64,000 nucleotides of DNA from Malacoraja senta (taxonomy: Eukaryota). The DNA lies in the NCBI GenBank assembly GCA_038087875.1, contig JAXLNO010005853.1, positions 124,001 to 188,000 on the forward strand, given 5' to 3'. Below, piece after piece: positions 58,886-64,000 of the stretch (position 1 is the first letter of the stretch; the number at the start of each line of letters is the position of its first letter). The notes below the pieces were generated by a model. That model searched no databases. It saw only the letters and a list, made by a program, of their open reading frames with translations, and was not told the DNA's origin. The translations under genes were made by a program, and so were the position numbers.

Positions 58886-60510
58886 CTCATCCATACCGAT
58901 CAACATGCCAATGCCATCTACACTAGTCCCATTTGCCTGCATTTGACCTACATCTCGCTAAACCTTTCCTATCCATGCACCTGCCCATATGTCTTTCAAC
59001 TGTTGTTCTTGTACCCACCTCAACTCCTTTCTCTCGAAGCTTGTTCCAGATACATATCAACCTCTGTGTAAAAACATTGCTCCTCAGGTTCCTGTTAAAT
59101 GTTTCCCCTCTCAGCTTGTGGTTAGCTCTTGGAACTGCACCATAAGCATTCCAGTCTGTGTAGGTAGGAATGGGAAATAAGGGCTGGCTGTGACTGTGAA
59201 GCCCACAGAGCCAGACACAGGCACCTCTCTGGATGTAGAGAAAAAAATGGGTTGGGTGAGACTCTGAATAGGCAACTGTTTTGTTCACCCCCGACGGGTT
59301 GAAGGGGGAGAAAGGGAGAGCAAGGGGTGGTGTGGAAAGAGTGGATTGGGTGGGGAATGGGGGAGAGAAGCCAGCGAGGGGATGGGAGAGAATTCAATAA
59401 GGTGGGAGTGAAGAAAGAGAAACACAGGCAGCACTGTGGCACAGCGATAGAACTGTTGCCTGATAGCGCCAGAGATCTGGGTTCGATACTGACTATGGAT
59501 GCTGTCCGTTCAAAATTTGTACGTTCTCCCTGTGACCACGTGGGTTTCCTCCCGGTGCTCCAGTTTCCTCCTACACTCCAAAGGCACACAGGTTTGTAGG
59601 TTAATTGACTTTGTTAAAATTGTTCCGAGTGTGTAGTGTGTCCCTAGTTTGGACTAAAAGTGCTAGTGTACGGGGTGATCGCTGGAAGGGACACAGATTC
59701 AGTGGGCCAAAGGGCCTGTTTCCACTCTATATTTCTAAAGGCCAAACTCAACACATTAACATTAATGTGTAGACAGTGGTTGCCCTGACACTGGTGTGAT
59801 AACATTCTGCAAACTGGAGTATTTTTGGAAGGGTGGTGTGATTCAGATTAACTTCCCTCAGAGTTTCGTACAGCAAAGCATGAAACGAGATGTGGTGCAA
59901 TCATCGATTCTCAGGAACTGCTGTTGGGAGAAGGCCAAATGACTGTACCCATTCTGATAGATATGTCATCTCACAGACACAAGGAATGGACAATAAATAT
60001 TGGATCAACCAGCAACAACTGCATCTCCTGAACATGTCAGTCTGAAAAATTAATGCCAATGATTGCAATGATTTTACAGAAGAGCTGACAAATTTACGTG
60101 CCATTCCTGTGTTGTAACAATTAAACTACAAAACCATTCTACACAATGTGTTGAGGGAGAAGGGGATAGTCATGTAGTATAGAAAAAGGCCCTTTGAAAA
60201 AGGCCAACTCATCCCTGCTGACCAAGGTCACCCATCTAAGCCAGTCCCATTTGCCCACATTAGCTCCATATCCTCTCAATCTTTCCCCATTCCCAGCTGA
60301 ACCTTAACCTGGATTGCATTTCACTCTCCTTAATGTCAATGTGCCCAGAAGTGAGTACTCTGTACTCTTTTGTTTATTGCCCCTCCTCTTCTCAAAGGTA
60401 GCTTCTCAAAGAATTTTATTGTCAAGCAGCAATGACTTGAACAAATTCTTGCTAAGTGAAGGTTTGTACTGCATCTGAGTGAATTATTACAATTTTTTAT
60501 AATCATTCTA
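58886..60510 (+). repeat. Direct segmental duplication, copy 1
   Basis: Matches 62493-64000 (initial offset 3607 bp). Confidence 0.93.
59427..59736 (+). mobile_element. V-SINE (in duplicated block; copy at 63036-63343)
   Basis: GGCAGCACTGTGGCACAGCG...GGTTCGAT...GTTCTCCCTGTGACCACGTGGGTTTCCTCC. Confidence 0.9.
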
Positions 60511-60514
60511 TATC

Positions 60515-61940
60515 AATGACGATGGGATCATATACGGCAAGATTAGCAAGTTTGCAGATGATACAAAGTGGGTGGTTTTGCAGATAGGGAAGATGGTTGT
60601 GAAAAATTGCAGCAAGATCTTCATCGATTGGCCAGATGGGCTGAGGAATGGTTGATCGAATTTAATACAGAGAAATGTGAGGTGTTGCATTTTGGGAAAT
60701 CTAGCATGGGCAGGACATACACAGTCAATGGAAGGGCTCTGGTAGGTGTCGTAGAGCAGAGGGATCTAGGAATGCAGGTGCATAGTCCCTTGAATGTGGA
60801 GTTGCAGGTAGTTTGGGTGGTCAAAAAGGATTTTGGCACATTCGCCTTCATCTGTCAGAATATTGAGTATGGATGTTGGGAGGTCATGTTGCAGTTGTAA
60901 AAGACGTTGGTTAGGCCACATTTAGAGTATTGTGTTCAGTTCTGTGCATCACGTAATAGGAACGATGTTGTCAAGCTGGAAAGGGTGCAGAGAGGTTTTA
61001 CGAGGATGTTGCCAGGATTAGAGGGTCTGAGCTATAGGGGAAGGTTGAGTAGGCTGGGTATTACTTGGAGCACAGGAAGATGAGGGGTGATTTTATAGAT
61101 GTGTATTAAATCATGAGAGGAATAGATCGGGTAGATGCACAGAGTGTCTTGCCCAGAGTAAGTGAATCGAGGACCAGAGGGCATAGGTTTAAGGTGAAGG
61201 GGAAAAGATTTAGTAGGAATCTGAGGGATAACATTTTCACACAAAGGGTGGTGGGTGTATGGAACAAGCTGCCAGAGGAGGTAGTTGAGGCAGGGTCTAT
61301 CCCAACATTTAAGAAACTGTTAAGACAGGTACATGGAGAGGACAAGTTTGGAGGGATATGGTGAGACTACGTAGCTTGAACATGTTGGCCAGTGTGGGCA
61401 AGTTGGCTGAAGGGTCTGTTTCCATGCTCGACCACTATGGCTCCAATTTCCCAACATTAAATTAAACCAGCTAGCCTAAAGTGACTAAGCAGATCCAGAT
61501 TAGTTTATTGTCACGTATACCAGAATAATATGAAATTCCTTGTGCACATGAAGCTCACAAAGTATAGAGTATACACATGAGCAGTTGAGGGGAGAACTGA
61601 CAGAAGTCTATAAAATTGTGGGAAGCATAGATAGGGTCGACAGTCAGAATCTTTTTCCCAGAATGGAAATGCCAAAGACTAGAGAGCATAGCTTTAAGGT
61701 GAGAAGAGCTAAGTTTAAAGGAGGCAAGGTTTTTTTTACACAAAAAGGTGGAGCATGGAACAAGCTGTCAGGAATGATGGAGGATGTGGTTATGATAGTG
61801 GCATTTAACAGGCTTTTAGATAGACACATGGAGGGATACGGATAATGTGCAGGAAGACAGGATTATTAATCATGGCATCATGTCCGGCACGGACATTAAG
61901 GGATGAAGGGCCTGTTCCTGTGCTGTGGTGTTCTATGATA
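60515..61940 (+). mobile_element. Old CR1 RT/3' fragments (two tails)
   Basis: ISKFADDT, KCEVLHFG, RGHRFKVKG, then a second CR1 tail. Confidence 0.85.
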
Positions 61941-62492
61941 ATGGTAGATACAACTGTAGTGGCCATTTGGCCTGTTTTGCGTGTCATTGATGATGACCAT
62001 GTGCTTTAAATTTTAGACTGCCCGTTATATTGTGGGTGGGATTTATGACATGTTTTGGGGCATGTTTGGAGCTTAGTTTAGTTTTTAGATTAGTTTGGAA
62101 AGACCATGGGGAAGGTTAACCCTTCTACCATGTGAGATCATGCGGGATCATGCAGATCTTGCCAATGTTACGGAGACACGAGGAGTTTACTAATGTCTAA
62201 AGTAATAAGCTGGAGTTGGAAGAAGATTGTAGTAATGAGTCGGAAGAAACTTGGATGTATTTTACTTTCTATCAACAATGAAGCATTTATTCATAAAAAG
62301 ACTGTGTTTTGAAGCCATATCTGTGAAGAAGCTCTGAAGGTCTCTGCGAGTGAGCTCGCATGCGTTTAGAAGACACCCCTTCAACCATTCTCATTCAAAT
62401 AGCAGCTAGGGTGCTAATTACCTGAAAGATATGAAAATCTGCCGCTACAACAACAACAACTATAATCTTATCCCCTCTGATAAACGTTGCTC

Positions 62493-64000
62493 CTCATCCA
62501 TACCGATGAACATGCCCATACCATCTACACTAGTCCCATTTGCCTGCATTTGACCTACATCTCATTAAACCTTCCTATCCATGTACCTGCCCATGTGTCT
62601 TTCAACTGTTGTTCTTGTACCCGCCTCAACTCCTTCCTCTGGAAGCTTGTTCCAGATGCATATCAACCTCTGTGTAAAAACATTGCTCCTCAGGTTCCTG
62701 TTAAATGTTTCCCCTCTCAGCTTGTGGTTAGCTCTTAAAACTGCACTATAAGCATTCCAGTCTGTGTAGGTAGGAATGGGAAATAAGGGCTGGCTGTGCC
62801 TGTGAAGCCCACAGAGCCAGCCACAGGCACCTCCCTGGATGCAGAGAAAAAAATGGGTTGGGTGAGACTCTGAATAGGCAATCGTTTTGTTCACCCCCGA
62901 CAGGTTGAAGGGTGAGAAAGGGAGAGCAAGGGGTGGTGTGAGAGGAGTGGAGTGGGTGGGGAATGGGGGAGAGAAGCCAGCGAGGGGATGGGAGAGAATT
63001 CAATAAGAGGGTGGGAGTGAAGAAAGAGAAACAGAGGCAGCACTGTGGCACAGCGATAGAACTGTTGCCTGATGGCACCAGAGACCTGGGTTCGATACTG
63101 ACTATGGATGCTGTCCGATCAAAGTTTGTACGTTCTCCCTGTGACCACGTGGGTTTCCTCCCAGTGCTCCAGTTTCCTCCTACACTCCAAAGACACACAG
63201 GTTTGTAGGTTAATTGACTTTGTTAAAATTGTTCCGAGTGTGTAGTGTGTCCCTAGTTTGGACTAAAAGTGCTAGTGTACGGGGTGATCGCTGGTAGGGA
63301 CACAGACTCAGTGGGCCAAAGGGCCTGTTTCCACTCTATATCTCTAAAGGCCAAACTCAACACATTAACATTAATGTGTAGACAGTGGTTGCCCTGTCAC
63401 TGGTGTGATAACATTCTGCAAACCACAGTATTTTTGGAAGAGTGGTGTGATTCAGATTAACTTCCCTCACAAGGAATGGACAATAAAAATTGGATCAACC
63501 AGCAACAACCGCATCTCCTGAACATGTCAGTCTGAAAAATTAATGCCAATGATCGCAATGATTTTACAGAAGTGCTGACAAATTTATGTGCCATTCCTGT
63601 GTTGCAACAATTAAACTACAAAACCATTCTACACAATGTGTTGAGGGAGAAGGAGATAGTCATGTAGTATAGAAAAAGGCCCTTTGAAAAAGGCCAACTC
63701 ATCCCTGTTGACCAATGTCACCCATCAAAGCCAGTCCCATTTGCCCACATTTGCTCCATATCATCTCAATCTTTCCCCATTCCCAGCTGAACCTTAACCT
63801 GGATTGCATTTCACTCTCCTTAACGTCAATGTGCCCAGAAGTGAGTACTCTGTACTCTTTTGTTTATTGCCCCTCCTCTTCTCAAAGGTAGCTTCTCAAA
63901 GAATTTTATTGTCAAGCAGCAATGACTTGAACAAATTCTTGCTAAGTGAAGGTTTGTACTGCATCTGAGTGAATTATTACAATTTTTTATAATCATTCTA
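62493..64000 (+). repeat. Direct segmental duplication, copy 2 (runs off the window; internal deletion relative to copy 1)
   Basis: CTCATCCATACCGAT start; lacks ~59860-59980 of copy 1. Confidence 0.93.

Noticed and set aside
59427-59500. tRNA genes at SINE heads
   Set aside because: Only A/B-box-like remnants followed by the V-SINE body; no cloverleaf.
61982-62390. Possible solo LTR
   Set aside because: TG...CA ends and a poly(A) signal are ambiguous; no TSD, PBS/PPT or second copy found.

Overview
Vertebrate genomic DNA, most likely a cartilaginous fish (skate/ray-like). This is inferred from the CR1 3' tails, V-SINEs, Penelope pLTR motifs and Helitron-type repeats. It is not bacterial: there is no CRISPR array, rRNA or tRNA gene. 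(1) The first 29.6 kb is one giant inverted duplication, with left arm 1-14804 and right arm 15569-29578. The arms are separated by a CT-rich spacer and a 200-N gap, so it is either a real palindrome or two haplotypes joined head-to-head. Both arms carry the same nested transposon stack: V-SINE>L1>CR1 and CR1>Helitron>Rex1. Each arm also has private insertions. The left has an inverted Penelope dimer with a 16-bp TSD. The right has an L1 with a ~170-bp target duplication and an L2-tailed SINE. (2) The region 29.6-64 kb is TE-dense. It holds a full-length CR1 with ORF1/ORF2 and an 8-bp TSD, a decayed DIRS, a HERO-like RLE retrotransposon, Rex1 and Penelope fragments, and a 3.6-kb-period direct duplication. 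It also has a CpG-island promoter at ~32.5 kb. (3) The only recognisable host coding sequence is a minus-strand Ig-superfamily receptor locus. It has a V-set exon at 47329-47691, a decayed C2/TM exon copy at 46981-47128, and a C2+TM exon at 39645-40009 with a 1-bp frameshift. The sequence is Siglec-like, but His replaces the sialic-acid-binding Arg and there is an Arg in the TM. Coordinates come from manual reading; the ends of old TEs are approximate.
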